Positions 29,184-40,045 of a stretch of 64,000 nt of DNA are shown here, piece after piece (the stretch's first letter is position 1; every line of letters begins with the position of its first letter). A program made the position numbers and the translations under genes. The stretch comes from Promethearchaeia archaeon (lineage in GTDB: Archaea > Asgardarchaeota > Lokiarchaeia > Sigyniarchaeales > SOKP01), in NCBI GenBank assembly GCA_046483985.1, contig JAWOCD010000056.1, forward strand, positions 1 to 64,000. The letters run 5' to 3'. Under the pieces are notes generated by a model. That model was not told the origin of the DNA. It saw only the letters and a program-made list of their open reading frames with translations, and made no database searches.

Positions 29184-30554
29184 TCATGATTTAGAAGAGT
29201 TATTCAAAAAATCATAGGCAAATAATGCATAGACCTTAATACCATTAATAAAATCTTCGATTTCTATATATTCATCTATCGCATGAGCAGTTTGTGCACT
29301 CCCAGGGCCTAGCAAAACAGTCTGAGGACAGAATCCGCTATTTCGCAGATAATGAGCATCCGCACATGCGGGATAAATAAAATAGAATGGCGTTCTTCCA
29401 TATACCTCTTCTAATATGTCATAGAGATTATTAAGATCCTCTGAATCTTCCCAATTCTCCCAGTACGATCCTTCGGATTGATGGAATATATCAATATACA
29501 CAAACACTTCATCGGATTTACCCGTTGGTTCACTTTTAACCGGATATCCAAGATCTTCTATTAATTGCTTGAGTGCGTCGATAACATTCTTCGGGTCTTG
29601 TCCAGGTAAAAGACGAAAATCAATAATTGCTTCACAATTATCGGGAATCACGTTTTCTTTAATACCCCCTTCGATTATATTCAAACTCTTGGTAAACTTC
29701 GTTAAAGATTTAACAACATTTTGTAATAACGGTTGAGAATTAAAGATATTTTCAAATATATCTCTTTTTGGAAATGCCACACTTATTAGATCTTTTATTT
29801 CTTCTTGCGTTAACGGGGGGCTGACCTCTTTAATCAAGACATCTAATCGATCAAGATTTTGAATTATATCACTCATCATATATATTGCATTTTCTCCGAG
29901 AAAAGGAGTAGAAGAATGGCATGAGACACCATTAGTCACCAATCGGAGCTGTAAATGGCCCTTTTCACCAAGAACTATCGCTTTGGGGAGAGGAGATAAT
30001 CCGGTTGGTTCACCGATCACACAAAAATCGCACTCAATTTGCCTTTTTTTGAAAATATTCTCAACTGACCATCCAGTTCCCAAATTTCCCCCGCTCTCCT
30101 CATCACATACACAATTAAGGATAAGATTCCCAGACGGGTTAAAATCCAATTTTTTCAAAATACTTAAAGAAATTGCCATTGCAGTAAGGCCTCCCTTCAT
30201 ATCTGCCGCACCTCTTCCATAGATATACTTATTTCTTTTTTTATGGGCTGAAAGTGGCGGATTTTTCCATTCCCCTTCCGCACCCGCCGGGACCACATCC
30301 ATATGTCCGTTAAACAAAAGATTTCTCTTTTGCGTGTTTTCATTTAGAAAGGCGACCAAATTTGCACGATTTTCTCTCAATGGAAATAGTTCACAGGAAA
30401 TGTCTGCATCTTCGAAAAACTGCTGCAATACTACTGCTACATTTTTCTCGTTTCCTGGTGGATTATAGGAATCCGTTTGAACTATCTCTCTGAAAAATTT
30501 AATATATTCCGCTCTATTCTTCTCAATTTCGTCTAAAATATCCTTTTTTTCCAT
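29184..30554 (-). CDS. M20 family metallopeptidase/deacylase (ArgE/DapE-like)
   Basis: NGHMDVVP, YGRGAADMKGG, DEE, IGEPT, AHAIDE. Confidence 0.92.
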   Translation of the reverse strand: MEKKDILDEIEKNRAEYIKFFREIVQTDSYNPPGNEKNVAVVLQQFFEDADISCELFPLRENRANLVAFLNENTQKRNLLFNGHMDVVPAGAEGEWKNPPLSAHKKRNKYIYGRGAADMKGGLTAMAISLSILKKLDFNPSGNLILNCVCDEESGGNLGTGWSVENIFKKRQIECDFCVIGEPTGLSPLPKAIVLGEKGHLQLRLVTNGVSCHSSTPFLGENAIYMMSDIIQNLDRLDVLIKEVSPPLTQEEIKDLISVAFPKRDIFENIFNSQPLLQNVVKSLTKFTKSLNIIEGGIKENVIPDNCEAIIDFRLLPGQDPKNVIDALKQLIEDLGYPVKSEPTGKSDEVFVYIDIFHQSEGSYWENWEDSEDLNNLYDILEEVYGRTPFYFIYPACADAHYLRNSGFCPQTVLLGPGSAQTAHAIDEYIEIEDFINGIKVYALFAYDFLNNSSKS

Positions 30555-30787
30555 TTTTTTCCCTCAATCGGGTGAATATCACAAATAATATTAATTTAGT
30601 TAAAAGTTTTAAAAATTTTATTTTTAAGCAAAAAAACTCAATAGATATAATTCAGTATACTTAAAAATATTGCAAAGTATTTTATTGATTTTGATATTTC
30701 AAATCATATTTCCATGAGACAATAAATTTTAATATATTTAGATTATTTTATAACAACAAATTAAAAGAATCGCATGGTTGTATCTCA

Positions 30788-33700
30788 TTGATTCGACATA
30801 AATATGGAAAAAAAGCATTTATTGTAACGGCTTGTGTCATTTTTTTAATCGTTTTTTCAAGTATAGGAAATTTTTCAAATCTTTCTAATAATAAACCTCC
30901 TATAGCTAATGATAAGAGCCAAAGGGTAAATGATGATAAATTGGTTAGTGCTGCCCCCGATGATCTTGAGGGGTCTATTACTGGACAAGGAGAAAATCAA
31001 ACAGTAAGATTTTATATGGATAATAACTCAAAGAGTTATGATAATTCCGGTTATTTTGAAATTCCCGCACCCGCAAACAAGATGAAACTCAATAAGGGAG
31101 ATTTCAATTTTACGTTCCAAAATAATTACACCACAGAGTATGAGTTAGAAGATACTAATGCGTTAAATCCGAGTGGGGACAAAATACTGTTTACCTCTGA
31201 AGCTTCGAATTTAGACTATACCCCTGGAATGAATTTAACGAATGTTGATATAGCAAACATAACAGATGGAGAAGATGATACTTACTTCACCCTCAATTCA
31301 ACCTCCGAAGGGAATATCACCTTAGAAGTTGACGCAAACTTTACTGATTCAGAATCTAAAGATTTTTCTTTCAATAGGAGTAGAATTATTGCCTTATTAA
31401 CACAGTTAGATTATAATCTGAGCGCCCACGCTAACCTTACTCTTCAAGCAAAAGATGACAGTGGATGGGCTACGATTATCTCGAATCAAGAAGTCAATTC
31501 CAGTTCAAATCCTCAAGAATTGGACGAGAATTGGACGAATAAAAATCTAAAATATATTAACGAAAATAATAGTGCAACCATTCGATTTATTTTCAATAGA
31601 TCTGATACTACAGAATTCAATGCTACTTTTACTGAATTTAAATTAGATGCCCAGCAAGTATTTGAACTCCCTATTACAAAAGATAGGTATCCCGCCCTCG
31701 AATTCGATCTGAAAGGGTCGAAATCAAAAACGACGGTCAATGGGTTTTATGCTTGGATTCGGACTCTAAATGTGACCGAAGCCCAGAATTCAGTATTAAA
31801 TATTTCCTTGTATAGAGCGAATGAGACAATTAACCGAGATGAAAATAATCATCCCGAAGATTATGATAATATTCGGCCAAACTGTAGCCAGAAAATAGAT
31901 TCTTTCCATCTAGAGAATTACACCAACGATGGTTTCGAATATTTCGAGTTTAATCAAGAAAATTCGGCAAATTTGAGTTTAGATAATTACTTTATCGTGG
32001 TTAAATCAAACAATTCAGAACAAGCTTATAGTGTTGTCACTATTCCAGATAAAGATTACGGAGATGAAGCTTACGAACATGTCTTAAAAGAGACAGAAGA
32101 TGACGGTGATACTTGGAGTGAGGCAGAAGTAGATAGTTATGATGGTCTTGATGTTAGTCAGTTTAAATTAAACATCACTCGTGGTTATATGCCTTCTGAT
32201 TTTAACATAGATGGTAACGAAACACTACAGATTCAAAATAAATCTGTAGTAAACCAAATTTATGAACATTCTGGAAGTTCCGATGAGAAATGGGGTATCG
32301 GCAGGTGGACTCATTCATTTCCAGAGCCCATTTTAAACAATTCTGAACGTAAGTTTCCCGTCAATTTAACGTGGGATACGTCAATAACGAAACAGTTCAA
32401 GTTTAATGTCTCCTATGATGTGGAAGCCTTTAGAAGGGAAAATGCAACCTCCTATTACAACGTTTCATACGATGATATTCCAAGATGGAGTCTCAATTAT
32501 TCCTTGGAACAAGAAAAATTCGATGATTGGAACCTCACTCAGTTCCAGTATATATTTCCAAATTTCTATGAGGCACATAACCTCTTTAACCCTATTGGTG
32601 AGGATATTTATGATGAAGTGGAGAACGCAACCCAATTTCCAGAGAACACTCTGTTCAAATATCTCACTGTTACCAAAGAGGTTGTTCTTGATTATGGGGA
32701 TGGGGATTATAGTCTGAATTTGACAAGCCCGAAAGACATCATAAATGGAATGCAGAGCTATAATAATTATAATGGAACATTATGGGAAACTCAAGGATTT
32801 ATGTATGGAGATAATATCTCCACTCATCTTGATGTTTCCTATAATGGTAATGCCCCTAATCCGGGGAATACAAAGGCAAATGTTTCATTATTTTTTCCGA
32901 ACGGGAGTCTTTACTCGGGAAAGGATTTATTTTCTACTGAGGGGTATACAGACGAGGAGAAAACTAATCTTATCTACAATTTTTCCGATAACACCATTCT
33001 TAATGTAACTGAGAATATCCCAGAACCAGGGAGATATTATTTGGGATTTTTTTGGACTAACGGCTCAATGGTAGAATGTAGAAAGAAAGAAATTTACATT
33101 GATTCCTATGACGTAACGGATATGGACTTAGACTATGTTTCGAAGCTTGAATCTAATGTTTTTTCAGCTAATCTTGATAGACCTTCAGAAGACATCCCCC
33201 ACAATATATTGCTTGCCACAGTAAATGAAACAACAGGAAATTATCGCCCCGATCATTATCCTATTGATATTTCTGAAATAGATGAACAATACGAGTGGGA
33301 TAATTTGCCTATACGATTAAAATCCTTTAAACAAAACGAGAGTGTTCTTAATCCCGAGGAGAAAATTAATTATCAAATTGAGATGCAAAACCAAGATACG
33401 TTGCTTGATGGACTTAACATTAAAGTTAAAGTAAAATTAGTTTCTCTCTTAAATGACGAATGGATTATTGCAGAAAACACATCTGAATCCAAATATTTGA
33501 AAATGTTTGGAAGTGAAAATAATGGTGATACAGGCGTTTTTGATGTAAATCTGACAATGCCCGAATTGGAAAGTGATAATATATGGAAAGGTGTAAATGC
33601 GCCCGTAAGAAAGGGAGGCGCAAAAACAGAGGTCGAATTTTACATTGAAGGCAATAATGCGGGTGAATATACTTGTGATCAACGGGCTGTCATAATCAAT

Positions 33701-34864
33701 GAAACCGATGATGCTTTTGAAGGAGAGATTATTGGGTTGGAAACAATAGATGATACAACAGATGACCCAATTACGAAGCAAATAAACAGAGAGGATTGTC
33801 AATATAAACCAAATAAAACCACGATCATAACCAATATTTATGACAATAATTATATGAGTAGCTATAACCAACTTAAAGAAGAATTTGATTTAAAATCTCT
33901 TAGTGAATTCGAAAACGATTCGGTCACTCCTCAAACACCATTAAATGGAAAAACTTTCAATGTGAGTGCTAATTTATTGAGAGAGTTCGGAGAACCCATT
34001 AGCGGGGAAGAGGTATATTGTCAACAATATGTGAATGGTTCGTGGGTGAATATTACGGATCCCTTAAATAGCAGTGATGACGGTTCTGCAATGTTTAAAA
34101 TTAATACAAAAGAACTCTATGTGGAAGAAGAATTGACCTTGAGATTTAAATGGGAAGGAAATGAAGATATTTTTGAGAATACTCTAAATTTTACGGTAGA
34201 TATCGCAATTGAAGAGAATAAACTGGCAATATCTCTCTCTCGAGAAAACAATTTAGTGTACAGAAAAAAAGACGCCATTTTTCAATTCATAATAAGAAAT
34301 GTAGGTAACTCAACTGTAGCAATCAATAAGATAGAGATATTCATAAGCGATGATTTACCCTATTCAATTGTTGAAAATAATTATATCAAACAAGAAAACC
34401 TCCGACCAAGCGAAAGTATCTCGTTAAAAATTAAAGTGGAAATTCCAAATCGAAAGTCTGATCTTTTAAATATTAGTATTAAAACTACAGCTACGAACCC
34501 TATATCTAATGAAGTGATCTCCCAAGAGAGTAGGAATACCTTTACGGTTTTAGATTATCCCATATCTAATTATTTTGTGGTATATTCAACCCTATTTATT
34601 ATTCTGATGTTGGCATCGATTTGGGCAGGTGCCCTAATGTATCGAAGAAAAATTAAAAGAAAAATTGAAGGACCCGTTAAAAAAGAAGAAAAAGAAGAAG
34701 AACAAGAACCCGAAGAAAAACCAGAAGGCTACAAAAAAGTCGACGAAATGAAAGAGGAAGGGGAGTCGGAAGGGAAAAGTCTAGATACCGTATTGGAAGA
34801 GGAGGAACTTTTACGGGAAAAAGAGAATAAACAGAAAAAGAAAAAATCTAAAAACGCCAAATAA
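30788..34864 (+). CDS. Large acidic cell-surface glycoprotein with N-terminal signal/anchor and C-terminal TM
   Basis: N-terminal hydrophobic segment; about 1200 aa of beta-rich D/E/N/T sequence with many NxS/T sequons; CARDB/Ig-like IRNVGN...LRPSES segment; C-terminal TM and charged cytoplasmic tail. Confidence 0.85.
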   Translation: MIRHKYGKKAFIVTACVIFLIVFSSIGNFSNLSNNKPPIANDKSQRVNDDKLVSAAPDDLEGSITGQGENQTVRFYMDNNSKSYDNSGYFEIPAPANKMKLNKGDFNFTFQNNYTTEYELEDTNALNPSGDKILFTSEASNLDYTPGMNLTNVDIANITDGEDDTYFTLNSTSEGNITLEVDANFTDSESKDFSFNRSRIIALLTQLDYNLSAHANLTLQAKDDSGWATIISNQEVNSSSNPQELDENWTNKNLKYINENNSATIRFIFNRSDTTEFNATFTEFKLDAQQVFELPITKDRYPALEFDLKGSKSKTTVNGFYAWIRTLNVTEAQNSVLNISLYRANETINRDENNHPEDYDNIRPNCSQKIDSFHLENYTNDGFEYFEFNQENSANLSLDNYFIVVKSNNSEQAYSVVTIPDKDYGDEAYEHVLKETEDDGDTWSEAEVDSYDGLDVSQFKLNITRGYMPSDFNIDGNETLQIQNKSVVNQIYEHSGSSDEKWGIGRWTHSFPEPILNNSERKFPVNLTWDTSITKQFKFNVSYDVEAFRRENATSYYNVSYDDIPRWSLNYSLEQEKFDDWNLTQFQYIFPNFYEAHNLFNPIGEDIYDEVENATQFPENTLFKYLTVTKEVVLDYGDGDYSLNLTSPKDIINGMQSYNNYNGTLWETQGFMYGDNISTHLDVSYNGNAPNPGNTKANVSLFFPNGSLYSGKDLFSTEGYTDEEKTNLIYNFSDNTILNVTENIPEPGRYYLGFFWTNGSMVECRKKEIYIDSYDVTDMDLDYVSKLESNVFSANLDRPSEDIPHNILLATVNETTGNYRPDHYPIDISEIDEQYEWDNLPIRLKSFKQNESVLNPEEKINYQIEMQNQDTLLDGLNIKVKVKLVSLLNDEWIIAENTSESKYLKMFGSENNGDTGVFDVNLTMPELESDNIWKGVNAPVRKGGAKTEVEFYIEGNNAGEYTCDQRAVIINETDDAFEGEIIGLETIDDTTDDPITKQINREDCQYKPNKTTIITNIYDNNYMSSYNQLKEEFDLKSLSEFENDSVTPQTPLNGKTFNVSANLLREFGEPISGEEVYCQQYVNGSWVNITDPLNSSDDGSAMFKINTKELYVEEELTLRFKWEGNEDIFENTLNFTVDIAIEENKLAISLSRENNLVYRKKDAIFQFIIRNVGNSTVAINKIEIFISDDLPYSIVENNYIKQENLRPSESISLKIKVEIPNRKSDLLNISIKTTATNPISNEVISQESRNTFTVLDYPISNYFVVYSTLFIILMLASIWAGALMYRRKIKRKIEGPVKKEEKEEEQEPEEKPEGYKKVDEMKEEGESEGKSLDTVLEEEELLREKENKQKKKKSKNAK

Positions 34865-35001
34865 GCATTAGATCTCTTTTGAGATTACTTTTTTTAATTT
34901 CAAAACACTTTTACTTTATTTATTTTCTTTCGAAAGTAAATCTCAGAATTTTTGAATTAAACGATGGACAAGTGTGAAATGAAAAAAAGAGAAAATATGA
35001 A

Positions 35002-35352
35002 TTAAGAATTTGCAATTGCATTTAATCTTCTTTTTAAGAGAGTTGCTGACGATTTACCGTCAACTCCCAACAGAGCAATAAAAATCTTCTCGTCGGTGTT
35101 TATTAATATAGCAAAACCGCCATTGTATTCAAATACTGCATTTTTCATTACGCCCTTTTCCACTCTCCCACCTAAATTACTTGAACTGTTGATTAATGAA
35201 ACAGCTGCTTTTGCAATTCCTTCTAAATCACGTTCTACAAGAGTTTGTCCCACTAAAACTTGACCCTCCTTATCGGATACGATTAAACCTTCACATTCGG
35301 AAAGGTTACTCATAAGTTCGGCAAGTCTCTGTTCGAGTTCTGCTTGATCCAT
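35002..35352 (-). CDS. Roadblock/LC7 (MglB/LAMTOR-like) domain protein
   Basis: EGLIVSDKEGQVL pattern with helix and beta-hairpin layout of the Roadblock fold; 116 aa. Confidence 0.8.
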   Translation of the reverse strand: MDQAELEQRLAELMSNLSECEGLIVSDKEGQVLVGQTLVERDLEGIAKAAVSLINSSSNLGGRVEKGVMKNAVFEYNGGFAILINTDEKIFIALLGVDGKSSATLLKRRLNAIANS

Positions 35353-35556
35353 TTATTATAGCTCCTTTAATTTTAATTTATTAATAATTATATTTATTGT
35401 TAAAAACTTATAATACATTTATTCTAAATTCAATTTAAAATTTTTTAGTTCGGGATGATTTGACCCCCCAGAAATGTGAGTCTCAGAAATTTTATAGAAA
35501 GAAAAAGTAATGTATAAGAAAAGACATATAAAGACATATTTTAAGAAATTGAGATC

Positions 35557-35844
35557 TTACTTCAAAATGATTAGGATTAAGTTCTCCTCAAGGGCAACCA
35601 TAATTTCGCCTTTTGAGGTTTCCAAGCGAATAAATTGTAACCCTCCTTCTTTTAAGGCTTTAACTACTTGTTTAGACTTCCCGATTAGGGATGTAATATA
35701 TGCAGACGCTTCTTCTGTTTTTTCATTTTCCAGATTTGATTTAATTGGAAGACCACTTGAATCACAGATAATTACCCCCCTTATTCCTTCCTTCTGCTCA
35801 AAGCGTCTAATAATCGCATTAACTTCATTGATATCAATCATCAT
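35557..35844 (-). CDS. Roadblock/LC7 protein, dynein light chain roadblock-like
   Basis: GIRGVIICDSSGLPIKS..L.FIRLETSKGEIMVA closely parallels DYNLRB (GVQGIIVVNTEGIPIKS..LTFLRIRSKKNEIMVA). Confidence 0.88.
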   Translation of the reverse strand: MMIDINEVNAIIRRFEQKEGIRGVIICDSSGLPIKSNLENEKTEEASAYITSLIGKSKQVVKALKEGGLQFIRLETSKGEIMVALEENLILIILK

Positions 35845-36081
35845 TTACACCTATATTTAAGATTTTTAGAAAAGATTCTAAATTACTAATTTATTATAAT
35901 TATTTTGATATATATATTATTGAATTATTACCTTAAAATATTAATGATTAGCTTAGAACTATTTCTCACATTAATAAGAACATAATAGCACTATATCCAG
36001 ATATTATCACCTTTAAAAATACATTTTCACTTACTTTTTAATAATAGAATATTGTGATCATATCCTAAAAATATAACATAG

Positions 36082-37239
36082 TTGAGGAAAATTGTGATTC
36101 AGTCTACTAATTCCATTGACCCCACCACCGGTAAGGTGCAAAAAGAAGATCTAGGGAAAAATGTACGTTCGTCAGCTAAATCGCTACAAAATTATTGGAA
36201 ATCAAATGAATATAGCACACTTCTGAATAGTAAAGAATTGAAAAAAGCAGCGAAACGCAATATTTGGCAGGTAAAAGTAAAACAAATGCTTCATAGATTT
36301 ACGGAAAATATGGAAGAATTAAATCAGGTGATAAAGTTTAAAATGAGTGGGAAAGTTCTTAACTCCTCAACTTATCTCTTAAAAAATAAGACACATTCAA
36401 TTATTAACTCCTCAGAGGAAACCCAAGAAGAAATAGATAAAGCGCAGCAAATTGAAAAGCACCAAGAACTAGAAAATGAAAATGAAATCGATGGACTTAA
36501 TAATGAACAGAGGAGATATGAGAATGAAGGTATTGGGAGAGAAGATGAAATGCCTCTCAATGCTGAAGAATTTGATGATTCTGAAATTTTTGAAGCATTT
36601 GAAGAGCTTAAAGAGAAAGACTTATTAGATGACGAACAAATTAAAGAGTTCAATGAGGCGAAAGTAGAGCATATCCTTAATTTAGATCCAAAAAAGCTTA
36701 CCGAAAAAATTGAAAATTCTAAAAAATTAATTGATCCACCTCCGAAATTTATTTATAAAAAGGTGCAATTTCATGACCTTGCTAATGCATTAAGTGAAGT
36801 GCTGAATGAGCCAAAAGAAAAGAAAAGCAAAAAAGCAAAAAAGAAAGAAAAGAATATTGATAAAGCAAAGGTTCCGTTTCTTCCAGATAATTTTATCTCT
36901 AAAGCAGAGAACAAACGGCAAAATTTTGAAGCGCAAATAGATGATCTTTATCGGCATTTAAAGCGACAGTTTACAGGAGAGCCAATCGGATTTTTGCAGT
37001 TGATAAAGGAGACGAACCAAGAGATAAACGTAAAAGCAATTGTTGACACATTGCTCATCGTGTTGCATCTCATAAATCATCAAAAAGTAGAATTATGGAA
37101 GTCATATATCAAGGAGAACAACGAGCTCAAAGAACGGACCTCAGAAGATAACGGCTCTAACATCTATTTGAGCCCTCAATCTCAAAAAACCCAAGAAACT
37201 GAAAAAAAGAGAGATGGAAATGGTTCCTGTAAGAACTAA
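36082..37239 (+). CDS. scpA: ScpA-like kleisin (SMC complex subunit), divergent
   Basis: N-terminal NIWQVKV..ML.RF...SGKVL.SS.YLL.NK resembles archaeal ScpA DPWDIDI...SGR.L..A.LLRMK. C-terminal winged helix IGFLQLI...IVDTLL.VLHL....KVELW. Confidence 0.65.
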   Translation: MRKIVIQSTNSIDPTTGKVQKEDLGKNVRSSAKSLQNYWKSNEYSTLLNSKELKKAAKRNIWQVKVKQMLHRFTENMEELNQVIKFKMSGKVLNSSTYLLKNKTHSIINSSEETQEEIDKAQQIEKHQELENENEIDGLNNEQRRYENEGIGREDEMPLNAEEFDDSEIFEAFEELKEKDLLDDEQIKEFNEAKVEHILNLDPKKLTEKIENSKKLIDPPPKFIYKKVQFHDLANALSEVLNEPKEKKSKKAKKKEKNIDKAKVPFLPDNFISKAENKRQNFEAQIDDLYRHLKRQFTGEPIGFLQLIKETNQEINVKAIVDTLLIVLHLINHQKVELWKSYIKENNELKERTSEDNGSNIYLSPQSQKTQETEKKRDGNGSCKN

Positions 37240-37868
37240 AGAAAGTAGTTGCGATAAAAATTATATTCTTTTTCGAACCCCAATGTTGTTTTTCCCATAT
37301 GTCCAGGGAGAAGAATCGTATCATTTGAGAAGATCGAGTTATGGACGATTTTATCTCGAATACTTGAAAAGAGCTGCTTTTTATTGCCCCCCTCAAAATC
37401 AGTCCTTCCGATGCTGCGGCGAAAAAGAAGATCCCCCGTGAATACAATCGCATCCGTTGATTCTCCCTTATATTGATGGACATCAGTCATGTAATAACTG
37501 AGACTTCCAGGGGTATGCCCTGGCGTTTCTAAAACATGAAAAGTATATTCCCCCGCTTTAATCTTATCTCCCTCTTTTAACCACCTGTCCGCTTTTATTA
37601 CATTGTATATTCCAGAGTCAAATTCCTTTCTATTATACATTAAAGGAATCTCGTAATGGTCCCTTATTGTCTTAACCGCAGAAGTATGATCGTTATGGGC
37701 ATGAGTTAGTAAGATGGCAATTGGTTTCGCATTCAAATCTTCGACTTGCTTTTTTATTCTATCTTGATTTGCCCCGGGATCGATGATCACTAAATCAGAA
37801 GTTTTCTCAGAACCAAACAAATAACAATTAGTTCCTAGAGCGCCGACAACAAGTTTTTTTAGAATCAT
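37236..37868 (-). CDS. MBL-fold hydrolase (glyoxalase II/YcbL-like)
   Basis: THAHNDH, TPGHTPGS, FTGDLLF..SIGRTDF, PGH. Confidence 0.92.
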   Translation of the reverse strand: MILKKLVVGALGTNCYLFGSEKTSDLVIIDPGANQDRIKKQVEDLNAKPIAILLTHAHNDHTSAVKTIRDHYEIPLMYNRKEFDSGIYNVIKADRWLKEGDKIKAGEYTFHVLETPGHTPGSLSYYMTDVHQYKGESTDAIVFTGDLLFRRSIGRTDFEGGNKKQLFSSIRDKIVHNSIFSNDTILLPGHMGKTTLGFEKEYNFYRNYFL

Positions 37869-38290
37869 TTCATGCAGATTTATAATTTTAGTTAAAGATC
37901 GAATAAGATCCTAAATGATTGAAAGAATTAAAAAAATTCGAAAAAAAATATCGGCATTGAGTTTTCGAATCGCTCAAGCAAAAACTCTTTACTAGTGCGA
38001 AAAATTTTTACCGTGAAATTTCAATAAAATTTTCTTTCATTTATCAAGGAAATATGGTGGCATCGTACGTCTTTTATATTCCAAAGCCTTAACAATTTCA
38101 ATTCAAATAAAATCCATCTTCAAATTTATTACCAATGGGAAAAGCTTACGAAGAAGAATAAAAAGAACTTAAACGAGCTATCCTTGATGCAAAGAGGAAT
38201 AAACAAATAAATGATAATTTAGATACTCTGATTACAAAATATGTGAAAAAAGTAAAATTAATTTTTTATGCGACTTTTTCTTAATTACCG

Positions 38291-39031
38291 TTGAGGTTAA
38301 ATAAGCGGTATTTTGAATATTCAAAAGGAAAAGTGCCCTTTATTTTATCTTGTCCGCATGGAGGATATAAAAAACCGAATCATATACCCGATAAATTAAA
38401 TGGATTTAAAGTCCCAGATGAGAACACTTATCTTATTGCTAAACATATAGTACAGAGGTTACAAGAAAAAAATATTCAACCTTATTATATATTATGCAAG
38501 ATTCACCGATGTAAAGTCGATTTAAATCGACCCACACGGTTTCAATCTGCTTTCAATCAAGATTGTGAAAGAGCCAAGGAAATGCATGAATATTATCACA
38601 ACAAGTTGAATGAATATGCAAGTGAATGCATAGAAAAATATGGATATTGTCTGGTTATTGATATTCATGGATTTACAAAGCCCATGGATAAATATCCCGA
38701 TATTATTTTTGGGCATGTCTTTAGCAACACCTTAAATGTGATCCGAGATATGGAAAAGGAAGACTGCAACAAATATTGGGGGTGTCGGGATTTAACATTA
38801 GAATTAAAAAAACACTTTTCTTTAGATAATGGGTTAGAAATAACCGATTTTAATTTATCCTATTCTGGGGGATATATTACCTATCAATTCTATCAGCGGG
38901 AAAATGTGAGTGCAATTCAATTGGAAATTGCTAAATATATCCGCCAAAAGGTTGAATTAACAAACACATTTATTGAACGTTTTATAATTGCCATAGAAAA
39001 GATTTTAAATGACGATGTAGGCAATAAATAA
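38291..39031 (+). CDS. N-formylglutamate amidohydrolase-like protein
   Basis: LSCPHGG, VDLNR, YH, IDIHGF, YSGGYIT, AIQLEI. Confidence 0.82.
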   Translation: MRLNKRYFEYSKGKVPFILSCPHGGYKKPNHIPDKLNGFKVPDENTYLIAKHIVQRLQEKNIQPYYILCKIHRCKVDLNRPTRFQSAFNQDCERAKEMHEYYHNKLNEYASECIEKYGYCLVIDIHGFTKPMDKYPDIIFGHVFSNTLNVIRDMEKEDCNKYWGCRDLTLELKKHFSLDNGLEITDFNLSYSGGYITYQFYQRENVSAIQLEIAKYIRQKVELTNTFIERFIIAIEKILNDDVGNK

Positions 39032-39136
39032 AGGTAAATTTTATAAAACTTATTTATTAGGGATGACTAATTATAACAACTAATTAAGTTAGTTAGAGCA
39101 AATTAGAGTTCTCTGTTTGTTTTGGTGTGAGTTAAA

Positions 39137-40045
39137 TTGGAAGACGAGGTAATTAAATCGGATATCACCATCTTGGGTCATATCGCAAAAGATATCATAG
39201 AAATTGATGGAGAAGCCCAAGAAGAAATCGGGGGCTCAGTTTATTATGGGGGGATTGCGGGAGCTCATATGGGACTAAAAGTGTTTGTGATCACCCGCTT
39301 AAAAAAAGAGGATTTTGAAATCTTGGAGGATTTCGATAAATACGGGATTAAATATCGGGCATCCCCTTCAAAAGGTACATCAGGGATCAAAAATATCTAT
39401 AATTCGTCAAACCTCGAGGAAAGAGAGTGTTATCCTATTGATTTTGCCGGGAAATTCCTCGAAAATGAGATTCCCAAGAATTTAGAAACCAATTATTTTA
39501 TAATCGGTCCCATTTTGGCGGGAGAGGTTGATATTGAGTTAGTGAAATACCTTGGGCAGAACTACAAGAATAAACTTTGCCTTGATATCCAAGGATTCGT
39601 GAGAGTACGGCAAGGAGATAAAATAGTTTTCCAGTCATTACCAGAGGACCAAAAACAAGACATTTTATCGTATATCACCATCCTAAAAACGGATAAAGCA
39701 GAAATTGAAGCGCTGACTGGGAAAAGTAATTTATATGACGCAGCTCAAGAATTAAGTCATTATGGTCCAAATGAAATTTTAATCACCCATAGAAAGGGAA
39801 TTTCCGTTTACACGAATGAACAGCGTTTTTTCTTTCCGTGGAGTTGTGAACCAAAGGGACGAGCAAGAACTGGACGAGGAGATACATCATTCATCAGCTA
39901 CGTGGGGTCACGAATAGAAAAATCACCTAAAGAGGCCTTGAAATTTGCTGCTGTCTTGACCTCTCTTAAGTTGGAAATCCCCGGACCGTTCACGTTACCA
40001 TTGTATCATGTTCATGAAAAGATGTCAGAAGTGGAGGGTCAATAA
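39137..40045 (+). CDS. PfkB/ribokinase-family sugar kinase
   Basis: GHIAKD, IGGSVYYGG, LDIQG, C-terminal RTGRGDT (DTTGAGD variant). Confidence 0.85.
   Translation: MEDEVIKSDITILGHIAKDIIEIDGEAQEEIGGSVYYGGIAGAHMGLKVFVITRLKKEDFEILEDFDKYGIKYRASPSKGTSGIKNIYNSSNLEERECYPIDFAGKFLENEIPKNLETNYFIIGPILAGEVDIELVKYLGQNYKNKLCLDIQGFVRVRQGDKIVFQSLPEDQKQDILSYITILKTDKAEIEALTGKSNLYDAAQELSHYGPNEILITHRKGISVYTNEQRFFFPWSCEPKGRARTGRGDTSFISYVGSRIEKSPKEALKFAAVLTSLKLEIPGPFTLPLYHVHEKMSEVEGQ

Noticed and set aside
35510-35860. 116-aa plus-strand ORF
   Set aside because: Antisense to the Roadblock gene 35557..35844, which has clear family motifs.
37870-38290. Coding-like stretches in the gap before the formylglutamate hydrolase gene
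   Set aside because: Frames are short or interrupted, with no recognisable motif.
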